The translations under genes were made by a program, and so were the position numbers. Positions 16,203 through 24,919 of a stretch of DNA of 64,000 nt are shown in pieces. The stretch's first letter is position 1. Each line of letters opens with the position of its first letter. The stretch comes from Candidatus Dormibacteria bacterium (GTDB lineage: Bacteria; Chloroflexota; Dormibacteria; Aeolococcales; Aeolococcaceae). A model generated the notes under the pieces. That model was given only the letters and a program-made list of their open reading frames with translations, made no database searches and was not told where the DNA came from. Location of the stretch: NCBI GenBank assembly GCA_044450385.1, contig JBIOIZ010000001.1:25299-89298 (forward strand), written 5' to 3'.

Positions 16203-17721
16203 GCCGCCGCCGGATCGCGGCCATGGCGACCTCGCGCTCATTCCATGGGATCTCGCCGGTCAGGGTCTCCAGGGTCTTCTCGTGACCCTTGCCCGCGCAC
16301 AGGACGGTGTCGCCAGGGGCCGCGTTCGCGACTGCGAAGTCGATCGCCTCCTGGCGATCCGGGATCACGAAGACGTTCCCGCCGCGCACGCCACTGGCGG
16401 CGACGGCGCCTGCGGCGATCTGCTCGAGGATTCGACCGCGGTCCTCGCCACGCGGATCCTCATCAGTGATGACGCTGACATCGGCCAGCCGCGCCGCCAC
16501 CGCTCCCATCGCCGGCCGCTTCTCCAGGTCGCGTTCCCCCGCTGAACCGAAGACTGCCCACAGCCGCCCAGTGGTGGTGCGGCGCAGCTCGTGAAGCACC
16601 GTCTCGAGCGCATCACCGGTGTGGGCATAGTCGACCACCACCTCGAATGGCTGCCCGAGATCGATCCGCTCCATCCGACCGATGACCCCATCTGCAGACT
16701 CGAGACCGCGCACGGCGCCCTCCAGGTCTGCCCCAGTGGCGCAGGCGGATGCGAGCGCTGCGAGAGCGTTGCGGACATTGAAGCTGCCCGCGAGGGGGAG
16801 GCGGACCAGCCTGTCCCCCCATGGTGTGCGCGCCATGAAGCGGACCGCCGCAGGCTCCGCGACGATGCCCTCTGCGCGCAGATCCGCGGCGATATCGGGC
16901 AGGTCTGTGTATGTCAGTCTCGTGGCGACGGGGATGGTGACGAGGTGGGGAAATCCGAACGGGTCGCCGGCATCGAGCACGGCGATGCCATCGCGTCGTG
17001 CCGACACCTGCTCGAGCAGACGTGCCTTGGCTGCCAGATAGCGGTCGCGACTGCCGTGCAGTTCGAGATGTTCGGTGGTGATCCGCGTGAAGACCGCGGC
17101 GCGGAACTCCACGCCGTCGGTGCGGCGCATCTCGAGCGCGTGCGACGAGGTCTCGAGGGCGACATGCGTGCACCCGGCGTCGCGGATGCGCGCCAGCTCA
17201 GACTGCAATTCCGGTGCCTCCGGGGTGGTCTGCCGGGATGGGTTGGCGGCGATTTCGCCGCCTGTGCGGCGATCCACGGTGGTCATCGACCCGGCGGCGA
17301 TGCCGGCCGCGCGCCACGCGTGCCAGAGCAGGGTCGCCGTCGTCGTCTTCCCGTCGGTGCCGGTGATCCCGACGACGCACAGGTGCCGGCTCGGATGGTC
17401 GTTGAAGGCAGCAGCCAGGCCGGCCAGAGCGAGCCTCGCATCCCTCACGATGACCACAGGTATCGAGGGGTCGATCGAGGGCTCCGGGGACCGCTCGGCG
17501 ACGATCGCCGCGGCGCCACGCTTCACCGCGTCGTCGATGAAGTCATGGCCGTCGGACCGCAGGCCCGGAATCGCCACGAAGAGGCTGCCCGGGGTCACCG
17601 CGCGCGAGTCGGATGCGATTGCGGTGACCCCTGAGGCGGCCTCCGATGGTTCAATCGCGGCCTCGATCCCGGTCGCCCCGAGCAGAGCCGCAAGTGGGCG
17701 CGCCGCACGCGTCGGATGCAC
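16195..17721 (-). CDS. murE: UDP-N-acetylmuramoyl-L-alanyl-D-glutamate--2,6-diaminopimelate ligase (MurE-type Mur ligase)
   Basis: ASDSRAVTPGSLFVAIPGLRSDGHDFIDDAV, GITGTDGKTTT P-loop, DYAHTGDALE, and a C-terminal ITDEDPRGED motif. The 3' end overlaps the convergent rsmG by 8 nt. The gene is not in a dcw cluster within this window. Confidence 0.88.
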   Translation of the reverse strand: MHPTRAARPLAALLGATGIEAAIEPSEAASGVTAIASDSRAVTPGSLFVAIPGLRSDGHDFIDDAVKRGAAAIVAERSPEPSIDPSIPVVIVRDARLALAGLAAAFNDHPSRHLCVVGITGTDGKTTTATLLWHAWRAAGIAAGSMTTVDRRTGGEIAANPSRQTTPEAPELQSELARIRDAGCTHVALETSSHALEMRRTDGVEFRAAVFTRITTEHLELHGSRDRYLAAKARLLEQVSARRDGIAVLDAGDPFGFPHLVTIPVATRLTYTDLPDIAADLRAEGIVAEPAAVRFMARTPWGDRLVRLPLAGSFNVRNALAALASACATGADLEGAVRGLESADGVIGRMERIDLGQPFEVVVDYAHTGDALETVLHELRRTTTGRLWAVFGSAGERDLEKRPAMGAVAARLADVSVITDEDPRGEDRGRILEQIAAGAVAASGVRGGNVFVIPDRQEAIDFAVANAAPGDTVLCAGKGHEKTLETLTGEIPWNEREVAMAAIRRRLS

Positions 17722-17752
17722 CGTCTCAGTCTATGGTAGGGTCGCTCCGATC
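17722..17752. promoter_or_regulatory. 31-bp divergent promoter region with back-to-back -10 boxes for murE and the AT-hook gene
   Basis: Minus strand: TAGACT (17733..17728)-GAGACG-GTG(murE). Plus strand: TAGGGT (17737..17742)-N10-ATG 17753. There is no room for SD sequences. Confidence 0.4.
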
Positions 17753-18091
17753 ATGGCTGGAAAGAAGCAGAAGCGGGACGGCGCGCCGGTTTCGCTTGCC
17801 GACGCCCTGACGGCGACACGAGCCGCCCATCGACGCGTCCTGGCCCTGGCTGCCCGGCTCGAGGAGACGGAACGGACGATCCTCGCCGCCATGGCACCGG
17901 AACCTGCTCCGCGTGTCGCCGGCCCGAGCACGCCGGCGAAACGTCCCGTCGGCAGACCGCCGAAAGCAGCAACCACCGCGCCGGCGAAGCGCCCCGTCGG
18001 AAGGCCGCGGACGCGACCTGCCGGCGGTGCCACAGCGGCCACCCGCAGCGGCACCGGACGCCGTCGGGTCGGGCGTCCCCCGAAGTCCTGA
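17753..18091 (+). CDS. Small basic protein with N-terminal helical region and three AT-hook-like (P/R)VGRP(P/R)(K/T) repeats
   Basis: MAGKKQKRDG..., a helical segment ALTATRAAHRRVLALAARLEETERTILAAM, then AKRPVGRPPK, AKRPVGRPRT and RRRVGRPPKS. The first two repeats are also a DNA-level direct repeat (17932.. and 17980..). Confidence 0.65.
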   Translation: MAGKKQKRDGAPVSLADALTATRAAHRRVLALAARLEETERTILAAMAPEPAPRVAGPSTPAKRPVGRPPKAATTAPAKRPVGRPRTRPAGGATAATRSGTGRRRVGRPPKS

Positions 18092-18134
18092 ACCGAATCC
18101 AGACCGGGTAGGTCAGGTTTCGACAGGTTTTGGG

Positions 18135-18140
18135 TAGACT
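18135..18140 (+). promoter_or_regulatory. Candidate -10 box (TAGACT) 6 nt upstream of the rhodanese-ThiF ATG (leaderless pattern)
   Basis: TAGACT-GGCTGC-ATG. Confidence 0.4.
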
Positions 18141-18146
18141 GGCTGC

Positions 18147-19337
18147 ATGGCCAAGTCTTCCCGCGACCTCCTCGACGACGCACGCAGCACAGTCCCGGAG
18201 GTTTCCCCGCAGCAGGTTCGCGCAGCGGCGGGTTCACGCACCCTCATCGATGTTCGCGAACGCAGCGAGTTCGACGAGGGCTACATCCCGGGTGCGATGC
18301 ACCTGAGCAAGGGGTTCATCGAGACGCGTATCGAGGACTCCATTCCCAGGCACGACACGCCGATCACCCTGTATTGCGCCGGCGGAGTGCGTTCGCTGCT
18401 CGCCGCTCGAGCGCTCCAGGAGCTCGGATACATGGACGTCCAGTCGATGGCCGGCGGCTACGGCGCATGGAAGCAGGCGGGTTTCGACTTCATCGTGCCC
18501 CGCGTCCTGACTGCGCAGCAACAGCAGCGCTACAGCCGTCATCTCCTCATCCCTGAGATCGGCGCCGAGGGACAGGCACAACTCCTCGACGCACGCGTGC
18601 TCCTCATTGGCGCAGGTGGGCTCGGCAGCCCTGCTGCGCTGTATCTCGCGGCTGCAGGGGTCGGGACGATCGGATTCGTCGACTTTGACACTGTGGACCG
18701 GAGCAACCTGCAGCGCCAGATCCTGCACACCGAGGATCGCATCGGGATGCTCAAGACCGCTTCGGCTCGGATCGCGCTGACCGCGCTCAACAGTGACGTT
18801 CGCGTGGTCGAGCATAACGTCGTGCTCAGCGGTGAGAACGCGCGCGAGATCTTCGATCAGTACGACATCATCGTCAACGGCTGCGATAACTTCCCCACCC
18901 GCTACCTCGCCAACGATGTGGCCATCTTTGCCAAGAAGCCGATGGTCGACGGCGGAATCTTCCGCTTCGAGGGGCAGGTGACCACGGTCGTTCCGTTCCA
19001 GTCGCCGTGCTACCGCTGCCGGTACCCGTCGCCGCCCCCGCCCGAGGAGGCCCCGTCGTGTGCCGAGGCGGGCGTGCTCGGTGTGCTTCCCGGCATCGTC
19101 GGTGTCCTGCAGGCAACTGAGGTCATCAAGCTGATCACCGGTGCGGGTGATCTCCTCACCGGGCGGTTGTTGCACATCGACTCTCTGGCGATGAAATTCC
19201 GCGAGTTCCGCGTCCCCCGTGACCCGCAGTGCCCGGTGTGTGGCGAGAATCCAACGATCACTGAGCCCATCGACTACGAGGGGTTCTGTGCCGCTCCCGC
19301 GTCGGTCGCCACCGAGGCGGTCGGCGCCCCGGTCTGA
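18147..19337 (+). CDS. MoeB/ThiF-family adenylyltransferase with an N-terminal rhodanese domain (sulfur-carrier-protein activating enzyme)
   Basis: Residues ~1-115 are rhodanese (LIDVRERSEFDEGYIPGAMHL...LYCAGGVRS active-site loop). Then ThiF/MoeB: YSRHLLIPEIGAEGQAQLLDARVLLIGAGGLGSPAALYLAAAGVG, DRSNLQRQILH, and zinc motifs CYRC...CPVC. Confidence 0.85.
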   Translation: MAKSSRDLLDDARSTVPEVSPQQVRAAAGSRTLIDVRERSEFDEGYIPGAMHLSKGFIETRIEDSIPRHDTPITLYCAGGVRSLLAARALQELGYMDVQSMAGGYGAWKQAGFDFIVPRVLTAQQQQRYSRHLLIPEIGAEGQAQLLDARVLLIGAGGLGSPAALYLAAAGVGTIGFVDFDTVDRSNLQRQILHTEDRIGMLKTASARIALTALNSDVRVVEHNVVLSGENAREIFDQYDIIVNGCDNFPTRYLANDVAIFAKKPMVDGGIFRFEGQVTTVVPFQSPCYRCRYPSPPPPEEAPSCAEAGVLGVLPGIVGVLQATEVIKLITGAGDLLTGRLLHIDSLAMKFREFRVPRDPQCPVCGENPTITEPIDYEGFCAAPASVATEAVGAPV

Positions 19338-19343
19338 CCCGAC

Positions 19344-19538
19344 CTAGCTGACCGGCCGGGCCTCGCCGTCGGGGCTGAAATGCTCGGCCTCGTGGATCAG
19401 CATCACCGGAATGCCGTTGTCGACGCGATAGCGGAGCATGCAGGCGTCGCAGCGAAGCGATTCCGGCTCGACCGCCAGTGGTCCCCGGCAGCTCGGACAG
19501 GCCATGATCTCGAGGAGGTCCTTGGGAAGCTGACTCAC
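19344..19538 (-). CDS. Trm112/UPF0434 family small zinc-ribbon protein
   Basis: GTG 19538 overlaps the upstream stop (GTGA). Sequence SQLPKDLLEIMACPSCRGPLAVEPESLRCDACMLRYRVDNGIPVML matches the Trm112p-like pattern. Confidence 0.75.
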   Translation of the reverse strand: MSQLPKDLLEIMACPSCRGPLAVEPESLRCDACMLRYRVDNGIPVMLIHEAEHFSPDGEARPVS

Positions 19539-20314
19539 GGTGCCATTGTCGCCGGAATGAGAAAGCCCGCGAGCTGCTCGTTGACGGCACGGGGAAGCTC
19601 GAGATTGCTCATATGGCCGGAGTCGAGGGCGACACATCGTGCCTGCGGGATACTGTCAGCCATGGCCTGAACCTCGCTGATCGGGATGATCGCATCCTGG
19701 GTGCCTGCGATCACCAGGGTCGGGACGTTGATCGAGGCGAGCAGCGCGCTGCTGTCGGGTCGGACGGCCATGGCACGCTGCGCGAACGCGATCCCCGCCG
19801 GCGTGCATCGCCGGATGCGACCCCGCACCGGGTCGACGATGTGCGCCTCGGCCTGAGCTGTGGGACTCAGCAATCGCGCAACCATCGGCTCGACGATCGA
19901 CTCCACCGAGCCTTCACGTTCCACCTGGTCGGCCATGGTCAGGCGGTCATTGCGGGGCGCCTCGGCATCGGCGGTCGCGCGCGTGTTGCAGAGCACCAGC
20001 GCGCGGATCCGCGCCGGTGCCAGCCGCCAGAGCGCGAACGCGAGGTAGCCCCCCATCGAGAGCCCGACGACGGCGACGCGGTCGATGTTGCGCGAGTCAA
20101 GCGCGGCCAGCACGGCGGTGGCGAAACCGTCGAGCGTCGGCACCCCGGCCGGAGGCGCCGGCGACTCGCCGCAGCCCCACACGTCGAGGCGCACGCAGCG
20201 CAGGCCACCTGAAAGTGCTGCGACCTGGTGATCCCACTGCGACGCATCCATCGTGAACGCGTGCAGGAAGAGCACCGCCTCGCCACTTCCAGTGTCGTGG
20301 ATGGCCGGCAGCAA
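19535..20314 (-). CDS. Alpha/beta-fold hydrolase
   Basis: GEAVLFLHAFTMDASQWDHQV and the nucleophile elbow VVGLSMGGYLAF. Confidence 0.8.
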   Translation of the reverse strand: MLPAIHDTGSGEAVLFLHAFTMDASQWDHQVAALSGGLRCVRLDVWGCGESPAPPAGVPTLDGFATAVLAALDSRNIDRVAVVGLSMGGYLAFALWRLAPARIRALVLCNTRATADAEAPRNDRLTMADQVEREGSVESIVEPMVARLLSPTAQAEAHIVDPVRGRIRRCTPAGIAFAQRAMAVRPDSSALLASINVPTLVIAGTQDAIIPISEVQAMADSIPQARCVALDSGHMSNLELPRAVNEQLAGFLIPATMAP

Positions 20315-20329
20315 TTCTGTCCGCCGGGC

Positions 20330-21616
20330 TCAGGCCTGGGCGCCGACCACGACCGCGGGGAAATCCACGGCGAGCGTCGCGGGCTCGATGTGCGTCCGCG
20401 CGTGTTTCTCGACATCGCGCAGTTTGAGGATCTCGCTGGGCGTGATCAGCGTGACGGCAACGCCGGCTCGCCCGGCACGACCCGTCCTGCCGACGCGATG
20501 CAGATACTCGTCCGGTGTGAGCGGCACGTCGTAGTTGATCACGTGTGAGATGTCATCGATGTCGAGGCCGCGCGCCGCAACATTGGTCGCGATCAGGTAC
20601 TTGATGTGCGTCGCCCGGAACTGCTGCATCGCGCGATCCCGCTCGCGCTGAGTGAGGTCGCCGTGGAGCAGTCCCACCTGGTACCCGCGCCCGCCGAGCT
20701 GCGCCTGAAGGACGTCTGCGGTGCGTTTGGTCTCCACGAAGATCAGCGCCATAACCACGTCCGGCTGATCGAGGATCTGTGCCAGCGCGTCGGTCTTGTC
20801 CGCCCACGTGGTCTGCACGTAGAGCTGACGGACCTCCGCGGGGATCTCCGGCCTGGTGCTGATCTCGACGGTCTCCGGATCGTGCATGTGGCGCAGCGCG
20901 AGCCTGCGCACCCACTCCGGCATCGTGGCGCTGAACAGCAGCGTCTGACGCTGCGGCGGGCATTGCCTGAGGATGCGTTCGACATCGGGTGCGAATCCCA
21001 TGTCGAGCATGCGGTCGGCCTCATCGAGAACACAGACGCGGACATTCGCAAGGGTGAGGGAGCGTCGCTGGATGTGATCGCCGAGCCGGCCGGGAGTCGC
21101 CACGACGATGTGAGCTCCCTGGCGCAACTCCTCCATCTGCCGTCCGATCGAGTCGCCGCCGTAGATCGCGACGCTGCGCAGCTCATGCCGCTTACCCAGT
21201 CTGGTCAGCTCGTCGTGTACCTGGACCGCCAGCTCTCGGGTGGGGCAGAGCACCAGCGCCTGCACCGGACCGTCACGCGGATCGAGCCGCTCGATGATCG
21301 GAATCCCAAACGCTGCGGTCTTGCCGCTCCCGGTCTGCGCCTGGCCGATGACGTCCCGTCCCGCCATTGCAAACGGCAGTGAGCCTGCCTGGATGGGCGT
21401 GGCCATCGTGTATCCGAGCTCGGCAACCGTGTTTTGCATGGCGACGCTCAAGGCGAGCTCGTCGAAGCTGACCGGTTCGGGGATGACAGTACTCAAGGCC
21501 TCATCGACCGGCGCCGGAGCGGCCGGGCGGGGCCTTGCGGCGAGCGGTCTACCAAACCGCGCGCGAGAAGACGAACGCAAGACAATCGTGAGTGTACCCC
21601 GGATTGGCGCGTTCAC
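20330..21616 (-). CDS. DEAD-box ATP-dependent RNA helicase
   Basis: Q motif FDEL...TPIQ, AQTGSGKTAAF, VLDEADRMLDMGF, SAT and HRVGRTGRAGRAG. The start is uncertain: the first ~12-40 codons use atypical codons, and in-frame TTG codons at 21580 or 21496 are alternatives. Confidence 0.88.
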   Translation of the reverse strand: MNAPIRGTLTIVLRSSSRARFGRPLAARPRPAAPAPVDEALSTVIPEPVSFDELALSVAMQNTVAELGYTMATPIQAGSLPFAMAGRDVIGQAQTGSGKTAAFGIPIIERLDPRDGPVQALVLCPTRELAVQVHDELTRLGKRHELRSVAIYGGDSIGRQMEELRQGAHIVVATPGRLGDHIQRRSLTLANVRVCVLDEADRMLDMGFAPDVERILRQCPPQRQTLLFSATMPEWVRRLALRHMHDPETVEISTRPEIPAEVRQLYVQTTWADKTDALAQILDQPDVVMALIFVETKRTADVLQAQLGGRGYQVGLLHGDLTQRERDRAMQQFRATHIKYLIATNVAARGLDIDDISHVINYDVPLTPDEYLHRVGRTGRAGRAGVAVTLITPSEILKLRDVEKHARTHIEPATLAVDFPAVVVGAQA

Positions 21617-21641
21617 GCCCCGTAAGATCGCGTTTCATGGC

Positions 21642-22532
21642 ATGTCACCGCAGCAGCACGCTCGAGGCCGCATGACCGCGGTCACGGACATCCGCGCCGC
21701 GCAACCCCTCGCAGGGGCATTTGTCCCGCGCGTTGTGGTCCTCGACCTCGATGGCACGACCCTCGACTATCGCCAGCGATTGCACCCGAGGATCCGCGAG
21801 TCGGTTCGAGCCGTGGCGGCGCGCTTGCCTGTGATCGTCGCCACGGGTCGCATGTACCGGTCGTCGGTGCCGTGGGCACACGAGCTCGGCGTGAGTGAGC
21901 CGCTGGTCTGCTACCAGGGCGCGCTGGTCCGCGAGATGCCTCGAAACGACGGTTCGGCAGGGCAGACGATCTACGAGCAGCCGCTCGGCCCGGCGCCTGC
22001 GCGACGTGCCCTGCACATCGCGCGCGAAGAGGACTGGCACTTCCAGGCGTACCAGCACGACGCGCTGTTGTGTGAACAGGACCGTCCCGAGGCATGGCTC
22101 TACAGCCGGATCAGCGGAGTGCAGTTTCGCCTCGTGCCCGACCTCGAACCGCTGCTCGAACACGGCACCACAAAGGCGGCATGCGTCATCGAGGACCTCA
22201 CCGAGGTGGATCGAGCGATCGGGGTGATGACCCGGGAGCTCGCCGAGCACGCGCGGGTCACCCGCTCGAATCCGGAGTTCGTCGAAATCCTCGATCCGGG
22301 GGTCAGCAAGGCGTCCGCATGCGAGATCGTGTGCCGGCGGCTTGGCGTCACGCTTGCCGACGCTCTCGCAATCGGTGACGCTCCCAACGACATCGAGCTG
22401 CTGACGGCCGCGGGATATGGAGTCGCGATCGCGTCCTCGCGACCCGAGGTGCTCGCCGCCGCCGATGCCACCTGCGCCGTGCCCGAGGAGGGTGGCGTCG
22501 CCGACGTGCTGGAGGCGTTCGGGCTGCCGTGA
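21642..22532 (+). CDS. HAD-superfamily hydrolase, Cof/IIB type
   Basis: VVVLDLDGTTLD (motif I), VIVATGR, and AIGDAPNDIELLTAAGYGVAI (motif IV). An alternative in-frame start is ATG 21672 (MTAVTD). Confidence 0.82.
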   Translation: MSPQQHARGRMTAVTDIRAAQPLAGAFVPRVVVLDLDGTTLDYRQRLHPRIRESVRAVAARLPVIVATGRMYRSSVPWAHELGVSEPLVCYQGALVREMPRNDGSAGQTIYEQPLGPAPARRALHIAREEDWHFQAYQHDALLCEQDRPEAWLYSRISGVQFRLVPDLEPLLEHGTTKAACVIEDLTEVDRAIGVMTRELAEHARVTRSNPEFVEILDPGVSKASACEIVCRRLGVTLADALAIGDAPNDIELLTAAGYGVAIASSRPEVLAAADATCAVPEEGGVADVLEAFGLP

Positions 22533-22614
22533 ACATTTCCGCATAGCGCAGGCCGGGAGTCCCTACGCTGGGGTGCGGCACCGCGACGTTGTCCCCACGC
22601 GAGCTTCGCAGCCT

Positions 22615-23478
22615 TCACGACTGCGCGTATCTGTGGAACCCCTCTCCGGTCTTGTTGCCGAGCTTGCCACTCGCAACCAGCGCTCGCAGCAGCTCGACCG
22701 GTGCCCAGCGCTGATCGCCCGTCTGCCGGAAGCCCTCGTCGAGGATCGCCTCCACGACGTCGAGCCCGACCAGGTCGGACAGCTGGAACGGTCCCATCGG
22801 CCATCCCAGGGCGTTCCGAACCGCGACATCGCAGTCGCCGATGGAGATGTAGCCGTCCTGCACGAGGCGCATCGCCTCCTGGATCGCGATGAACAGGATG
22901 CGATTCGCGATGAACCCGTACTCCTCACGGGCGAGCCGAACCGGCGTCTTGCCGATGGCGCGGGCGAAGTCCATGGCACGGAGGACCGTGTCCTCGGACG
23001 TGTGCGGCCCGGGCACCACTTCGACGAGCGCCATCAGCAGCGCGGGGTTGAAGAAGTGGATGTTGAGGAAACGCCCGGAGTGCGTCACCGCGTCTTCGAG
23101 CAGCGACGACGGAATGGTCGAGGAGTTTGTGCCGATGATGGCGCTATCATCCGCATGCTCGCAGATCCGCGCATACACCTCGCGCTTGGCGTCGCGGTCC
23201 TCGGCGACCGACTCGATGATCGTCGCCGCCCCCGCGACCGCCTCGAACGCCGAGCCCAGGGACACGCGCGCGACGGCGGCCTCGCACGCGCCGCCGTCGA
23301 GCGTGCCCTTCTCGACGCGGCGCCGGAGCAGCGCCGTCGACGAGGCGCTGGCCGCGCGGAGCCGGTCCTCACTGCGGCTGATCAGACGAACGTCGTAGCC
23401 GTGCAGCGCCGCCTGGTAGGCGATCTGCCCGCCCATCGCGCCCGCACCCACTACCGCGAGCAGAGTGCCGCCGGCCAC
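22615..23478 (-). CDS. 3-hydroxyacyl-CoA / 3-hydroxybutyryl-CoA dehydrogenase
   Basis: LLAVVGAGAMGGQIAYQAALHGYDVRL Rossmann motif, and a C-terminal LGWPMGPFQLSDLVGLD motif. GTG 23478 is preceded by GGAGGAGG and lies 1 nt after the upstream stop. The ORF-track start at 23502 would overlap by 23 nt. Confidence 0.85.
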   Translation of the reverse strand: MAGGTLLAVVGAGAMGGQIAYQAALHGYDVRLISRSEDRLRAASASSTALLRRRVEKGTLDGGACEAAVARVSLGSAFEAVAGAATIIESVAEDRDAKREVYARICEHADDSAIIGTNSSTIPSSLLEDAVTHSGRFLNIHFFNPALLMALVEVVPGPHTSEDTVLRAMDFARAIGKTPVRLAREEYGFIANRILFIAIQEAMRLVQDGYISIGDCDVAVRNALGWPMGPFQLSDLVGLDVVEAILDEGFRQTGDQRWAPVELLRALVASGKLGNKTGEGFHRYAQS

Positions 23479-23479
23479 A

Positions 23480-24919
23480 TCAGCCTCCTCCCGGTCCGGC
23501 ATCGCGCCCGGGCCGGGTCATCGCCTCGGGGTCGAGCAGCCGGGTCAATTCCGCCTCGTCGAGCCCGCTTCGTTCGCGCGCGACCTCGCGTATCGTGCGC
23601 CCGGTCTTGTAGGCCTCCTTCGCGATCGCAGCGGCGGCGTCGTACCCGATCACCGGCGTGAGGGCCGTGCAGAGCATGAGCCCGCGCTCCACCAGGGCCG
23701 GTCCATTCTCGGTGGCGGTGATGCCGTCGACGCATTGCGTCGCGAGGTTGCGCGCAGCCGCGCCGAGCAGGGATGCCGACTGCAGGAGGTCGTACGCGGC
23801 GACCGGCATCATCACGTTGAGCTCGAGGAGCGACCCCGCCGCGCCACAGAACGCGATGGTCGCGTCGTTGCCGATCACCTGCGCGGCAACCATCGTCACC
23901 GACTCGCAGATCACCGGATTCACCTTGCCCGGCATGATCGACGAGCCCGGCTGGACCTCGGGTATGGCAATCTCCGCGATGCCGGCGCGCGGTCCGCATC
24001 CGAGCAGCCGGATGTCGCCGGCGATCTTGTACATCGCGACGGCGGTGGCTCGAAGCGCTCCGCTCGCGGCGACGACGGCGTCGAGAGTCGACTGTGCGCT
24101 GAAATGGTTGTCGGTCTCCCGAAGCGGGATGCCGAGATCCGCTGCCAGCAGCGCGATCACCTTGCCGGGGAACTCCGGGTGGGTTCCCACTCCGGTGCCG
24201 ACCGCGGTGCCGCCGAGCGGCAGTTCGGCAAGTGCGCCAAGGGCCTCGTCGCAGCGGCGTCGCGCTCGCTCCACCTGGCCCGCATAGCCGAGGAACTCCT
24301 GGCCGAGCCTGATCGGCGTCGCATCCTGCAGATGGGTGCGACCGGTCTTGATCACGGGCCAGAGCTCTTCGGACTTGTGTCGCAACGACGCCTCCAGCGT
24401 TCGCAGCCCGGGGATCGTGTCCTCGGTGATCAGCACGGCGGCGGCAAGCTGGATCGCCGTCGGGATCACGTCGTTGCTCGACTGACCGAGGTTCACGTGG
24501 TCGTTGGGATGCACCGGAGTCCGTGATCCGCGCACACCGCCGAGCAACTCGATCGCCCGGTTGGCGATCACCTCGTTGGCGTTCATGTTCGTCGAAGTGC
24601 CGCTCCCCGTCTGGAACACGTCGACGATGAACTCACCGTCGAGCGTGCCGTCCACCACGTCCTGGGCGGCGCGGATGATGGCGCCGGCGATGTCCTCGTC
24701 GAGCAGACCAAGCTCGCGGTTGACGAGCGCCGCCTGCTGCTTGATCAGCCCGATCGCATGGATGAAGCCACGCGGCAGGCGCAGGTCGCTGATCGGGAAG
24801 TTGACCTTCGCTCGCATCGTGCTTGCGCCGTAGTAGGCATCCGAGGGCACCTCGAATTCGCCCATCGAATCGCGCTCACTCCTCGTTGCCGTGGCTGCGT
24901 CCGTCGGCGTCGTGGTCAT
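23480..24919 (-). CDS. Class II fumarate hydratase / aspartate ammonia-lyase family enzyme
   Basis: Start at MTTTPTD (ATG 24919, GAGGAGG upstream). Motifs: SERDSMGEFEVPSDAYYGASTMRA, QTGSGTSTNMNANEV, HPNDHVNLGQSSND and GSSIMPGKVNP. The motifs are mixed between FumC-like and AspA-like, so the subfamily is not resolved. The upstream 126 codons of the ORF track are Arg-rich and were discarded. Confidence 0.88.
   Translation of the reverse strand: MTTTPTDAATATRSERDSMGEFEVPSDAYYGASTMRAKVNFPISDLRLPRGFIHAIGLIKQQAALVNRELGLLDEDIAGAIIRAAQDVVDGTLDGEFIVDVFQTGSGTSTNMNANEVIANRAIELLGGVRGSRTPVHPNDHVNLGQSSNDVIPTAIQLAAAVLITEDTIPGLRTLEASLRHKSEELWPVIKTGRTHLQDATPIRLGQEFLGYAGQVERARRRCDEALGALAELPLGGTAVGTGVGTHPEFPGKVIALLAADLGIPLRETDNHFSAQSTLDAVVAASGALRATAVAMYKIAGDIRLLGCGPRAGIAEIAIPEVQPGSSIMPGKVNPVICESVTMVAAQVIGNDATIAFCGAAGSLLELNVMMPVAAYDLLQSASLLGAAARNLATQCVDGITATENGPALVERGLMLCTALTPVIGYDAAAAIAKEAYKTGRTIREVARERSGLDEAELTRLLDPEAMTRPGRDAGPGGG

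Noticed and set aside
16195-17721. The MurE substrate-specificity motif reads DEDPR instead of the DNPR of meso-DAP-adding enzymes.
   Set aside because: The key Arg is retained and I cannot align rigorously without tools. This is not strong enough to infer an unusual cross-bridge amino acid.
21609-21620. The shared 10-11-mer GTTCACGCCC(C) at 21611, 33734 and ~3312, considered as a possible dispersed repeat.
   Set aside because: It is too short, the contexts are unrelated (two are inside or next to coding sequence), and no flanking similarity exists. This is likely chance in GC-rich DNA.
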